NCBI GenBank assembly: GCA_051294375.1
Contig: CM119267.1
Span: 20,647,476-20,711,475 of the forward strand
Source of the DNA: Paraspadella gotoi
Taxonomy: Eukaryota; Animalia; Chaetognatha
Direction of reading: 5' to 3'
DNA: 64,000 nucleotides
The position numbers were made by a program, and so were the translations under genes. This document shows positions 1 through 13,400 of this stretch, piece after piece (positions within the stretch are counted from its first letter, which is position 1; each line of letters begins with the position of its first letter). Under the pieces are notes generated by a model. It was not told the DNA's origin and searched no databases. It saw nothing but the letters and a program-made list of their open reading frames with translations.

Positions 1-149
1 CCCCTCCGGGGCCCCATATCTCGGCTCAGGTGTCAAATATTGAAATTCGCCTCGATAGTTCTATTTATATTCACATAGGGATCGTTCATACTAAATTTCA
101 ATAAATTAGGTCCAGCAGTTTCCTCGGAACGTGTTCTGGTCAAAAAAAA

Positions 150-419
150 GGGGTACTATGGCAACAGCCGGGTTGCCTGTGATGCCCATTGGGATGGGGC
201 ATCTCACTGTTGGCTTTGGGGGCTTCCGACCCTCAGTGATGCCTCCAGTCACTGGCGCGGTTACCCTAGGACGGTCTCGCTTTGCCAACGCAGAGGGAAG
301 TCGTTAGGACTGTGGATGGAACACTACGCCTGGGATGGTGTGTTCCCCCTCTGAGCCAATGGATTTGGCTGACAGATGGTGGACGTGAGGCGGTGTGAAT
401 ATACCGCCACAGTACCACA
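150..419 (+). ncRNA. Highly structured GC-rich element of about 270 nt (candidate ncRNA or non-autonomous mobile element)
   Basis: Terminal stem GGTACTATGGC (152-162) pairs with GCCACAGTACC (407-417). Internal stems: GGCAAC/GTTGCC, GATGCCC/GGGCATC, GTTGGC/GCCAAC, CAGTGA/TCACTG, CAGAGGG/CCCTCTG, GGAACAC/GTGTTCC, AGCCAA/TTGGCT, GGCGGT/ACCGCC. T-tracts follow on both strands. Family not recognised; strand guessed from G/T bias. Confidence 0.4.
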
Positions 420-1028
420 TTTTATAATATGAAGCCTTCTGTACGTATTAGTAATTTGATCATTTTAATACTTTTTGACGTGGATCTAACAATAAGCCGA
501 AACGGGATGAATGGAATGATTGATAAACTCTAAAAGCCCGACAAGCGTCGGGAAAAATATTAGAACAACTAAAGGTCTATTAATCTCTTAACTAAAGGTT
601 TAAACAAAAAAAAATTTCATGGCCTATTTCATGAAAGCTAAAGCTAATAAATATGTGCTCAGCACTTACATTTTTTGATTTGTTTTAGCAATAAATTTTC
701 AGTACCGCACCAATAGAAATTTTTTTTTAAGGTCCCGTCTATTCTACACAAAACTAGAAGATTCAGACTGAAGTACGGACACATGTCCGCGTAATTAGTA
801 AAAAAACCTAGATAACCAAAAATAAACACAATCGGAAAAAACAAAAAAAAATTGACAAGGGAAGAATGGCGCGATTTCTGCCTCCGGAATGTGAGTAGGA
901 TACGAGCCTCAGAACCGCGGACACGACGGGTACGAATTTCTAACCAAGAGCCATCGCCTTCTTATCTGAGCAGCGCCCTCCTCCACCAAGCCCCCTCCGA
1001 GACGTTGGAGGGGAGAGAAAGAAGAGAG

Positions 1029-2262
1029 TCACTGCCCCGAAGAGCCGGGCGGGGGAGGTTGATCGGTGGACGTGGGGCTCCGAAGATCGGGGACGTCGCC
1101 GCCGCGGTTGATGAGGAATCCGTTGAGCTCCACAACGGAGGCTCTGTCGTCGTCGTCGTGGGAATTAGATCTTTTCCAAGAGACGAGATTTGAAGAGGAG
1201 AAAGAAAAAAGAAAAGGGAGGAAGATACAGATTACAGAAGCTGATAAGAATATCTGAATATGAAGAGACAACAAACCTGCCAACGTTGAAGGAATGGGGA
1301 ACGTTTAGAGTTGGGTTTAAGGCATTCGGTGTGAGCCACTCTTGGGGGAGCATTCTCTCGACGAACGGCATACAAGTGGACAGGTAGGCGAGACGGTTCA
1401 CCCAGGAGGGGATCTCTTTTCCGACCTGCGAGTTAAAAGATAAAACACATTTCGCGTTTTTCTTCTATTTTAGTTTGCATCATTTTATTTACGGGCATAA
1501 TTTTACTCTCGCGGATCCGTTTTAGGGTGATTTCTGGTTAAGGTTACGTAGGGTTAGGAGGGTTTAGGGATAGGGTAATTAGGTAATAATTTTTAAAATT
1601 TATTTTACCCATTTACGTATAAAAGCGGCCTAAAAAAGGCGAGTGAAAAGTTTTTCCTCAAAGAATAACAAACTTACGAGAATTTCGCTAAACCCTGAGG
1701 AGAAGTGGTTGCAGTTTTTTCTCATCAGATGATATTTATCTCCGGTGTATTCTTTTCCTGACGCGCGGATGAAGTGAAAGAGTTAGTAAAGCGGGAGTTG
1801 GTTAACACGGCTAAATCCGGATCGTTGATAACCCGGATGAAAGACCCTACCTAAAAACTCGATGACCTGCTCGACCTCATGAGACGTAAAGTCGGTTGTG
1901 CCCAGAACGATGGTTTCCTTGAACTTGAAATGCTCCCCTGAAAAGAAAACATTATGCATTTTAATTTGAAGAAGTTTAAACTTTCCAAAGGTAATTGGCT
2001 CAGAAATATCGAACCCAAGTCTTCGACGTCGCGCGGCGTGACCTCGAAGATCCCGGAAAAGTTGTAAGGATGTCCACCGTAGGCGTACTCTTTGCCGTAC
2101 ACCTCGACTCCTGCAATAGTAACAATGCAGTAAAAAGAAAGCAACATTTATTTTTTCATTCTTGCTCTCACCAGAATGGTAGACTCCCATCCCCAAAGGC
2201 GAGGTATACTCGTTGATCCACAGCATGTCGTAGACGTTAAGCAGCACCGGTTCCGACGGCAT
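1029..2262 (-). CDS. DESI2: PPPDE-family desumoylating/deubiquitinating isopeptidase 2, 6 exons
   Basis: Spliced translation [31 protein letters not shown]|[14 protein letters not shown]...|...[12 protein letters not shown]...|IPSWVNRLA. Catalytic His (YHSG) and Cys (NCNHF) are present. GT-AG introns. The last exon is less certain. Confidence 0.93.
1520..1585 (+). repeat. Degenerate TTAGGG-like tract in a DESI2 intron
   Basis: Imperfect units such as ttaggg, ttaagg, gtaggg and ttagga. Confidence 0.55.
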
Positions 2263-3113
2263 CTTCGATTGTTTTTTTTTCCTTTATTCCTTGAGAACCT
2301 TTGTTTTGATTTCACCTTCTCGTCGTCGACGCTTCAATGGGAGGACGACGTCATCTCCCTCCGGCCGGCGTCACCATCGTTCGAGGACGGGCAGATGGCG
2401 TCCACCTCCCGGTGTTCCGTGACCGGCGTCGCCCGTCGACTTGAAGATGCTCGAGAAAAAGAGAAAACGGAGAGCGAGCCTTCGGCGAGAAAAAAAAACG
2501 TCTTCGATCGGCGTCTTTCCTCTATTTCTTCGTCCGTCGAGTAATTCCAGACGTTAACGACAATTCGTGCGCATATTAATCTCTTCCCGGGAAAGGCGGG
2601 GCCTTGGGGAGGGAAGGATCAGGAATAAGGGGGGGTCTGTGGGATCTAGTTTCTCCGGGAATCTGTGGAGACGTAAGAATTAAAAAAAAAAGACAACAAC
2701 GGAGGCATAATACGACATATAAAGAAAAGAGAGGAGGATCCAGTCTCGACGCGTTTCTGGGCAAAAGTGACGGGAGCGGGAGGAGCGAAGAGGAAAAGAG
2801 GAGAAAGAATCTCGTTCTTTCTTGTTGCAGGAGATAGAGAGAAAAAAAAAGGAGGAAACCCAGTTGGTGGAGGCGCCCTCTGCGATTCCGCCCACGAGAT
2901 CACAAAGAAAAACAAGTGACGTGCAACTGATTGTGCCGTCAAAGGCTTACTAAGTCTAAGCGGTCTCTTATTGCAACTACACAATTACTAATACCCAATT
3001 AACGAGCTCCTTTCCTGAAAATCCGAATTGTCATGCTCTACAATTCAATACTGTTTTTTTTTTTAAATTGAAATATGCTACGAAATATCGAATCGGTCAC
3101 GTTACTCGTCTAT

Positions 3114-6100
3114 CTAGTTGAGCGAGTCATCTTCCTTCATCGATTTCTGAGTGAACTGAGAGACGCGCGAAATGTTGAGGCTCATCTGCGTTTTTTCGTA
3201 AGCGACGGCTCTAGCTTTCGAGCGTATATGGTCTTGACGATAATTAAGGGCCACGATCAAAGCAAAACAGGGCATGAGGGCGATACCCAAAGTGGTAAGG
3301 AGACAAAGCCAGGGAATGATTTCACCGAAAACGTTCACGAAGGAAAGGTACATGATCCTCCTAGGGAATGGGAGGGGGGGGATTTGTAAGGAGCGAAAAC
3401 GCAATTTGAAATAACGCTTGTAATCTACAAGATGGTCAATACAATACAATCGATGCGTACGCAGGAAAGATAGAGTAGATGAAAGCAAAAAGAAAGAAGG
3501 CCAATATGGTGCCGATGTAGATGAAGTAGTTAAACCAGGTCCAATACTTCGTAATGAGGAAGAGAGTTCCGTTGATCGTGAAGACCAAACTTGTGTAAAC
3601 GATAAAACCGAAATCCCAATTAGAATATATGGCGTAACTAGGTTTATTAATAGGAAGAGATTCGCCCAACGTTCTGTACAAAAATGAAATAAATAATGTG
3701 GATAAAAACATCGAAGTTGCGTCATATGACGTTTTAATTTAGAATACTTACCCACAGGGAATGAAAAAGCAAACTGAAGCGTGGTATATCGCCAGTAACA
3801 CCCAAATTACAAAGACTATGGGCTTCATGTACCTAGGAATAAAATAAAATAATAATACTAAACAAGAGTAAACATAAGTCAATCAGTTTACCTGTTCTTT
3901 GTTAGAGTTTTATATAACTCTGGCTCATTAAGCAAAACTTCCTTTGAATAATTCTGTTCCATTACTCCAAAAGCAATGATGGGTAAGGACGTAAACATGA
4001 GGTTGAATGCTGCGGAAATATTAAATTATTAAAAAAACGACAAAGAATATAAAGTATATACGTAGGTAATCCAATGAAGCCAACTCAATCATACCCATTA
4101 GGTAAAAGCTCTCGAACAACGTTGCGGCGGAAAAAAGGTTGTAAAAAGCGTAAATGAGTTGGGGAATTATGAACGCGACACTCTTGTAGTTGACGTACAT
4201 AATGAAGAAAGAGATTCGATAGTAGTACCAATGACCGTGAACCAGCACCGCCTTCTTTAAGAAACTGCCATGGGTCGGTGCGGGGAACATAAGGATCCGT
4301 TCTGTCTAAGGCGCATCAACCTCATATCTCATACCGAAACTTCGAGAAGGCAAAGTCCGAGCACCGCACCGCTTGGCGCCCCTCTTTGCCCATGAGGCCG
4401 ATGCCGACGTGGGCCTCTTGGATCATCGAGACGTCGTTGGCACCGTCGCCGATGGCCGCGCAAACGGGTCTAGACGGGAACCCTGCAATCGTACGATTCG
4501 GAGAAAATTGTAATTAACTAACAGACGATTTTGTCCCTACTCCCCTAACATCGAGCGACAACCTTTAACCATTGCGACGATTTGCGCCTTGTGAAGAGGA
4601 GACATTCTGCAACACAGAACCGAGTCGCAACGACGAGAGACTTCGGAGAAAGACTTCTTCCGCCACGCGTTGGCTTTGGAATTCATGATCATGGTGATGG
4701 TTTTCCCGTCGACGACTAGGCTGTGCTTTTTCGTTCGAACTTCCACGAGCAGGCGAACTTTGGTCAGTTTGGCATCAAGTTCTGCAATTCGTCGCGCGAA
4801 ACAAATTCAAGTAAATTATCCATTCTTTGAGTCTTTTAACATCAAAATCAAATTTCACCTTTGATGGTCTGGAAATCCGTTAACTCGTGAAGATCCATAT
4901 TTCGGTTCAAATGATCACAGGAAAATGAGATGTTAATAGCAGTTGATTTTCTATCACCTGCAAAAAAAAACAAAAAATAAACAACCAGTGGCTGCGCCAA
5001 TACATGTAAATCACTTTTAAGGGCTTAAACTGAACTATGGTACTTGCAAAAATATCTTATAAATCAAAACAATATATGATATATAATTAAAATGCTTTGA
5101 TCAAAACATAGAATAAGTAATAGAATAAAATAAAAAGATGGTAAAATAAAATAAAATAGAAAGATGGTAACCAAATATTGATGCGATGATAACCAATAAT
5201 TGATTTGATGATAACGAAATGACTGATGTGATGAATAATCAAATGATTGATGCGATGATAGTCATTCATTGATGTGATGATAATGATTCATTGATACGAT
5301 GATAGTCATTCATTGATGCGATGATAGTCATCCATTGACGCGATGAATCATTCATCGTAAATAAAACAAACAAATGCGTGTATGAGTGAAAGAGAAAGAG
5401 AAAGAGAAAGAGAGAGAGAAAGAGAGCGAGAGGCTGGACAGTTTTCCCGCAACGAGACGCATTATTAGGTCACTCGTTTAATATAAAAATAATCAGAATT
5501 TTAGAAAAATCCACGAAAATCTCGGATATAAATTTGGGATTTTGTATTGAGAAAAAAGCGCGGAATAAATGGCGATAATAAAAGTTTTTAGAAGGAAAAA
5601 AAAAAGAGAGAGAAAGAGAGAGAGAGAAGCTGGACAGCCGCTGGACAGCCGCTGCAGAGCTGAACTCGTTTTTCGACGAATCTGAGTAGGGTCGAACTCT
5701 TTTCCTTTCTATAAAAAAATATTAAAAATAAATATTTTGGTATAGAGCCATATAAGAATTTTTTTATACATTGAAGGAATACTTAAAAATGTATAAATTT
5801 TCGTTTGAGCATGTTCCCATACTAAATTTTTGACTCACCCCATTGAGAGGGGCTACCCCTACTCAGAAGAAAAAAAAAGAGAGAAAGAGAGCGACATATA
5901 ATTAAAAGAGAGAGACTCTTCATATACAGCTCAATCACACACTTCCCTACCCACACACAAAATTTCATTCCAATCCATCCATCCAATCACGAGTAATTAG
6001 TGTTTTTTGCTAAGGTGGGACGGACGGACGGACGGACGGACGGACAGACGGACGGACATCGTTTTTTTTGCATAATTTATCATAATTCGATGTTCTGACA

Positions 6101-9100
6101 TGATATAAGTGAGTATCCGACAATATTGAGGGGGCGGACCGACAAAGTGAATTATAGAGTCGGGATCTGCTGAAAGCAGATCCTACTAAAAAGAATTGTA
6201 CAATTTCACTTTAGTGATATACAATATCTCACACCTCTTATGAAAAAAAATTTTTGTTGGATACGCCACATCCTTTTGATATGATCACCTGTAAGAACCC
6301 AAATGTGAATCCCGGCGCGACTGAGCGCAACAAGAGTGTCTCTGACGCCGATTTGAAGCAAATCTTCTACTCCTGAAATAATAACAAAAGACAACAATTT
6401 ACATGTAATTTGTTTGTAATGAATTAAAACATGAAAATACATCAAAAATTTAAAACATTCGTCATAGATTAGGACAAAAGCACTAAGTACACTCAAACAA
6501 CGTGACCAACCAGTGGCACCGACACAAGTCAATTTCTGCTCCACGCTTTTGCAGGCTTCGGCGATTTTCGCTTCACGATCAGAGATTTCCACTCGCGCCG
6601 ACTTCACCAACTCCTCGAGGGAGGCGAATGTGGCGGCGTCTAGTTCGCGCTCAGCGAAGACTGAAGAAAATAAACATAGTTGCAAACATTCATAGTGGAT
6701 TTTCACTATAAGCGTTGAAAAAATTTAATCTACTATTCGAATTGTAAAAAAAATATTAAACTCCTAATGGAACCTAATGTCCTGAGCCCAACGATAGCAT
6801 ATTCTTCGATGTGTAGATAGGTATCTTCGATGTTCCCACCGATCATGATGTCCTGCAGGGATGACTCCGCGCCTTTGGTCATCAAGAAAATCTTGTTGTT
6901 CTGCAGATCTTTGACAATGACGGACATGCATTTGCGCGTCGGGTCGAAGTCAAGGACGAGGAGGATTTTGAACTTGTGAATGGTGCCCTGTGGGAAAGGC
7001 CGAAACATTAATCAACATTAAAAAGGAAAAGCAGTAAAAAAAGAGAATTTAACTCCTAATTCTTCCCCTGAGTATTTTATAAAACACCTTTATATCAATG
7101 ATCGTTTCTTGGTTCGCATCGATTCCTTTGTACTCGATGCCTAACTGACTAGCGGCCTCTAAAAACGCTTTTTCGTCTGGAGAGCTAGCTGATATCAAGT
7201 TTGAAAGTAAAAGATTAATGAAACCTCAAGACCTGCGATCCCTTTTAACTTAAGTCAGCTCACCAATGAAAGTAGAGTATCCTTCCTTTTGAGCAACTTG
7301 GACGGAATGGTTGAGGGTCAAATTAATAAAAAATCTGCGAAGATGAGTAATCACCCTTGGGCTAGAAATAGGTTGGGCGAGCGTTCCTTCCTTGGCCAAA
7401 TCTCCTGCAATAGTTAGTCTGTTGTCAACTGACGCGCAAATCGGTAATTCAAAGACTTTTTTATTGTACCCAAATCGATAACTTCCTCGGTGTCGACATT
7501 GACTAACACTCCGCTGTCCATTAGTCGATACGACCTTCCGTCTGCGCAGTAAGAATACTGAAAAAGCTATAATATTCCTATGGGAAGAAGCGAAGCGACG
7601 TGACGCAGTGATTTTCCATACCGACAGTAATGTTTCTGAGGACCATCAAGTTCTCTGTCAAGGTTCCGGTTTTGTCAGAGAAAAGATAGTTGATTTGCCC
7701 GAGCTCTTCGCTGATGTCAGAAGTGTTACAAACGGGCCAAATATCGTTCTCGGCATCGTACATGTCGAAGTCCCAACGGAAAAACATGGCGCCGATAAAT
7801 TTCTGCGGGAATCATAAATTAAAAATTAGTCAACGTAAATGTGCATTGTGCAACGATTTCACACCAACTATTTTATTTTACAATAGTCATAACGTACTTG
7901 AATTTCAATGCTGACATAAAGAGCCACAGGAACGACGTAATTGAATATAATTAAAAACATAAGAAAATCATAGAAGCTTCTTTCATCTGAAAATACAACG
8001 TTTAAAAATCATATTGATATGAATTGTACATCTTTTTTTTTAATTGAGAAAATTATCACCGTTCAAGTTGAGCTGGCGCTGAATGGGATAATTGCTGACC
8101 AAATGGTGCATAACGGTGCAGAAGATGATTGCCACAAACATGAAGATAATTACCACGACGATGATTATGTTCATGGTGCGCTCGGCCGTGGAGAACTTGT
8201 TTGACTTGATTTTGAGGTTTTGCGCCATTTTCGTTTCGGGTCCCGTGTAGAGGGCGCACCCGTAGACGTAGGAAGTCTCCTTCAAAGTTGAGCCGCATAT
8301 CAACAGGTTCGAGGCATTGAGAGGAATAACTTTTCTGGAAGTCAAGGGGAGATTTTGTTTAGTAAAAGGTTAAAAACCGATAATAATAATTCTAACCTTT
8401 ACCAGAACGTTGTACCTTTCTTTGTTAACAAGACAGCAGAGACGGCCCGCAAATTTGTAAAGATCCGGATGAGGGTGCTCGCACTCGATGACCGCTTCCA
8501 GTTGCTCCAATGCCTTGGGACCATCCACCTCTTGTAAAATCGGCGACGGAATTTCGAGACGTTTCAAGTTAGATTCTCCGTCAATATTGGCTTTTTTAAC
8601 ACAAAAAAAAGGAAGTTGTGAAAGATCAGACAACAAAATACACAGCGGCGCAAAAAAAACAAACAAAAAAAACCACTTGTTAGCTCTAAATAACCGCATT
8701 ATTTTTTTTTAATTTGGAAAAAATATTCATAAAAAGTGTAGCTTTTTTAATTGGTACCAAAAAAAATTAATTAGTTCAGGCAATAAAATACAGCAATATT
8801 TTAAAGTCAGAGTCTGAAAATAAAATTTGGAAAAAATAATTTTTGAAATTTAAACTGATATTTTTTTTTACTGATAATAAAATTTTTTTTTTTATATAAT
8901 ATTATTTATTTTAATTTGATTTAGGTAAAAAATAATTAACACTTATCCCTACAGATATTATATATTATATTATATTTTATATTATAAATATTTTATAATA
9001 AAAAAATTAACTATTATTGACTAAAAAAAAACTAATTTTTTTCCCTAATTTTTTGTACCAATCAATTTTGACGTGCTATAACTTTCGAATGCTTTGCTCA

Positions 9101-10039
9101 ATTTTATTAAGACTTGAACCAATTGCTTTATCTTTCAATAAACTTTGTTTTATGTTTTTATATCTTAATAAAATTTAACCATCCAATACGGTTTTTTCGA
9201 TGTGAAAAAGCGGCATCTTTTTTTTGCGCCGCAGTGTACATTGTACAAACCTTTTGACTTCTTTCGAACGCCAAACTATTCCCAGCCTCATCTCTCACCC
9301 GTCGTAACGAAACAACTCCCGTCCGCCACCGAGGATCTCATGAGCAGAATGTCGCAAGGAACTTTGCCATCCTCTTTGATTCTCACGAGATCCCCGACGC
9401 TAATATTTCGCGACTTGACCACTAAGGATTTTCCATTGCGAAACACCGTTGCCGGAGCGTTGTTCACCTTTTCGAATATTTTGACATAAATTGAGATCAT
9501 TCTGTCTCTGTCCATAATCTAGTAGGCACCGTGTCCAACCTGATCGTCCGCTTTGTGGCGCTGTACGTCCTCGTAGGCTTGTTTAATCGCCGTCACAACG
9601 ATGACGAAGACTAACGCGGCAACGCTGGGAACCGGCGACACGGGACCCCTGCGCGTGGACGGTGCGAAGAATGTGGGGAATGGGTGATCGGGTTGATGAA
9701 GAGATTTCTGAAATCGACCATCACACTCACGGTATCGCAAGTTGAATGATGGCGACAAGAAGAAAAAAGAAGTTGGCGACTCGTCGGAACTGCTCAAAAA
9801 GATTTTTTGGGAGAAAGCTCCACCACGTGTACTGTTAACATATGTGTACAAAATTAATTTCGTTATCCCTAGTAAAAATGTGTGAGCGCGTCGAAATGAA
9901 AAAAAATTATACCTTGGACGTTTTGACAACATTAGCGCAATAAACGGGTTTCGTTGTGTAAAAAGACTGCGACAAAAGAGAATCCCGCGCTTTCCAACTG
10001 CGAGACCCCATGAAGACCTGAGGTTGGAATTCCGTAATA

Positions 10040-10085
<46 letters not shown>

Positions 10086-10229
10086 TAACAATATTCATTT
10101 ATTTCCTTCGCGATTTCATTATGACTTATTATCAAATTTAATTCGTCTTATTCCTTTTCCATTACATACAAACTATAATACCTCTCGATGAGGACTTAAT
10201 TTTGACTTCTTTTTATATTTTTTGCACAT
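3114..10229 (-). CDS. ATP11: P4-type ATPase phospholipid flippase, ATP11 class, multi-exon
   Basis: Exons give [16 protein letters not shown]|VFMG..., [47 protein letters not shown] (phosphorylation site), [47 protein letters not shown] and HGHWYYYR. Confidence 0.93.
5170..5350. repeat. ~22-bp minisatellite (TTGATGCGATGATAGTCATTCA-like) in an ATP11 intron
   Basis: About 8 imperfect tandem copies are visible. Confidence 0.75.
5680..6195 (+). mobile_element. DINE-1/HINE-like (Helentron-associated) non-autonomous element and adjoining repeat in an ATP11 intron
   Basis: (GGAC)n GGACAGACGGAC microsatellite at 6018-6058 and a 3' stem-loop GGATCTGC-TGAAA-GCAGATCC at 6163-6183 followed by an A run. 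5740-5860 recurs inverted at about 30950-31070. Family assigned from architecture only. Confidence 0.5.
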
Positions 10230-10484
10230 TCTTAACTTGATAAGAATGACTATTAAATGTCTAAATCTTAGGACTGTTTCTGAAAGCAAAACAAAAAAAG
10301 TATATTTGAAGAATCAATCCAACTAAGTTTGCAACAAAAAGACTCCAAGTCGACTGACTAGAAACGAGAATTAGAAAAAAACTGGTAAGCAATAGTATTG
10401 GTTGATTTGATCGCCGCCGCACAAAAATATGTAATACAATATTTAAAAAATCGCAACCCGTTCGGGTCGATCTTAAAGAACTTA

Positions 10485-13400
10485 TCAGACGCCACTTTCT
10501 CGCAATAGCTCCATCAAACGTCTTTTCGTGACGATGAATTTCAGCTTCCCCTCGGGAGTTTTAATGACGTCATTTTCGTCTAAGAAAACTTTCTTTCCCT
10601 GAAGCAGGATGACGACCTTTCCGCCCTCTTTTCCAAGGACTTTCACCGACTGACGCTTCGGTGGATCCGGCGCCAAAATTTTCGGCGTCGTATTCATAAG
10701 AGAAGATTTCTCGGCAGAGTTCGGTGGTAATTTCGAAGTTGAAGAGAAGTTGGATGGAGTCTGAGATTCGGAATTTGACTTCTGGCCAGATTTTAGAGCG
10801 GACATAGAATTTTTCGGCACTGACTCTTCCGAGGGTTTATACACATCTTCAGAGTCGACATTGTCCCGTTTTGAACCTTTTAAGGATTTAACAACGTCCG
10901 TTCTTGGTACTCTTCTTTTGGTGTCGGAGGTAGGAGAAGACGAATCAGGCAAAGATGGATTACGTTCTTCGCAAAGCAATTTCTTTTCAGCGAATACATC
11001 GGATGACTTTTTGCGAAACGCAGTGACAGCCGTGGGCGAACTAATGGGAGTACCGAAATCGCTACAGACGGCGCTTTCTGTGGTTTCTTCGGAACCGTTA
11101 TTGTCCGATTCGTCGGAAGAAGTCTCGACGAGGGCCTTGGGCGTACGGGATGTCGGGACATCGTCTTCATCGCATCTCGTCAATGAAACTTGAAGTCCTT
11201 TCAGTTTTAAGTGGACGAGATTTTTGTCAATGTGAGAACTGCAACGAATCGGCCTGTCGACATCGTCGCCATTGTCTTCGGAGCAAAGAGTCGTCAAGGG
11301 GTCATGGTCGAAAACTGCAGGTATGGTAGTATTGTCGTCAGATGACGATAGGGACACAATAGGGTCGGCAACAGGTATGTCTCGGTAACGGCTATCATTC
11401 GTGATTACCCCGACGTCGTTTTTGTCGAAAGAAAGGTGAGCATGGCCAGCGACTAGCTTGTTGGCTTTGATCTGCTCGTTAACATTTGGATTAATCTCGG
11501 AGTTCGAAATAAATATGACATCGTTTGAAGGCATTTTTCCCTGCGATTGGGGCAAGGGTTCGACGGGAATATCCGTCGATAATATCTCGCGAGTTCCTAA
11601 AACTATTTTTGTGCTGGGAGATGCGTCGTTAAAACTTCCATTGAGAATATCATCCAAGATCACAGAAGAAAGAACGGTTGGAATCTCGACTGGTATATCA
11701 TGTAAGAACGCGCCCGTTGTGTCAAGAGTATTATTTCTTGGTGCATCATTTACGCTTTCAGTTGGTAGGTCGATTAAAACGTCGTCCGACACATTGCTTG
11801 TTAAGATTTTAGATTGGATCTCGTTTTTAGTAGAATTGTTATCAGGATGATCATGGCAAGGCGCAATAATACGGAGCGGACCCTCGCGAGGCGAGTCGTC
11901 GCAAGTCGGATCGTCACGAGGCTGATCGTCACGAGATGCGTCATGAGGAGAATCGTTACGACGCTCATCATCATAAGGAGCATTATCACGAGTCGCATTA
12001 TCACGAGGACCATTAACATGAGGCGCATCATCACGAGGTGTCTCATCACGAGGCTTATCATCATGAGGCGCGTCATCATGAGGCGCGTCTTCACGAGGCG
12101 TATCATCACGAGGCCCATCGTCGCAAAGCATGTAGTCATTCGGTTGATTATCACGAAACGGATTATCGCAAGGTGAATTCTCACAAGGAAGGTCGACGTA
12201 AGACAAATCGTCTTGATTCTGATCATAGCAAGGTGGATCATTGCACGGTTGAACGTCGTAAGGTTGATTATCGCCCTGAACGTTGGAAGACCCAGAATGG
12301 TAAGTAACAACGGAATCTATGGATGAAAAATCTTCAGAAATCACGATTGGCGAAATTACACCTTCGTCAGACGAGAACTCGTCGTTTGTGCGATCGGTGT
12401 GGCTGATGGCGCCGAGAGAAGGGGTTTCATTTCCAGTTTTAAATATTTCTCTGTAGTTACCTCCAGACGTCGCCGTGACTTTTGGCGTTTGGGGACATGC
12501 TTCGCAGACTTCCTCATGACGAGGAGAAGGCGTCTGTTCATCCCTCATCGCCAAGACCGTTTTTCGGCTACTCGACAAACTGGATGGACTTAGATTGTCC
12601 GTCAGCAAAGGACGCTTGCAATGGTTTGTTTTAGTGAGGTCGAGTCTAACCAAAAAAATGTTAAATTTTTTAAGTTGAAATTTTTTTGAAAGATGGGCGG
12701 TATAATCGAGGTCGTGTTTATCTTTATTGGTCCTAAACTTTGGACGCTTAACGCGATCATCGGGAGCCCTGGCGAAAGAGTCGGATGATTTGGGGGTAGC
12801 TTCGGGCGGAGACTCTTCAAAAGAAAGTACCACAGGAGGTACAACGGAAGTTTCTTTGAGAGGTTCGCTGAGTGTTTCAGTGGGTTCGTCAATGGGAGTT
12901 TCCTCAGCTTTGACTGAAGATTTGGCAAGAGCCTCAATGGGAGGATAAGTGGGAAGTTTGATGGGAGGTTCGACGACAGCTATGGAATCAAGATTGTCTT
13001 TTGTTGAAATAACATCACGGTCCTTGTGTTGATTGTCCAACTGAATATTTCTAGCCGAGTTAATTACTTCAAGGGCGTCATTAAATAAGGGCGAGCCATT
13101 TGAAAGCTTTTCTACCACAACGCGGCAGTCACGGCACCGGTATCTTTTTATCAGTTGGACTAATTTAGATGTGAGGCCCAGATCTTTAGTCACCGACGAC
13201 GGACGCGTAGAATGCATCGGGGTACGCACGGAAGTAATCGAGTCTGTTTTTGCCGTCCTCCCCAGCCAAAACGATTCCTCTTCGTCCATGGTAAAGGTCG
13301 CACTCGCCGATCTTGTTGGAAATGTAGTACACAAGGAATTTTGCTCTTCTTCAAAAGTCCTCGAACATGCTGTCGAGTTGACGTTACATAGATCGAGCCG

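Noticed and set aside
150-425. Telomerase RNA or H/ACA RNA (3' ACA-TTT after a hairpin)
   Set aside because: There is no CTAACCCT-type template and no ANANNA H box at the expected hinge.
1520-1585. True telomere or chromosome fusion site (also 31625-31795)
   Set aside because: The tracts are short, highly degenerate and internal, so they are better explained as repeat-internal simple sequence.
11801-12310. Overlapping Met/Arg/Ile-rich and His-rich ORFs in other frames
   Set aside because: These are by-products of the 15-bp coding repeat.
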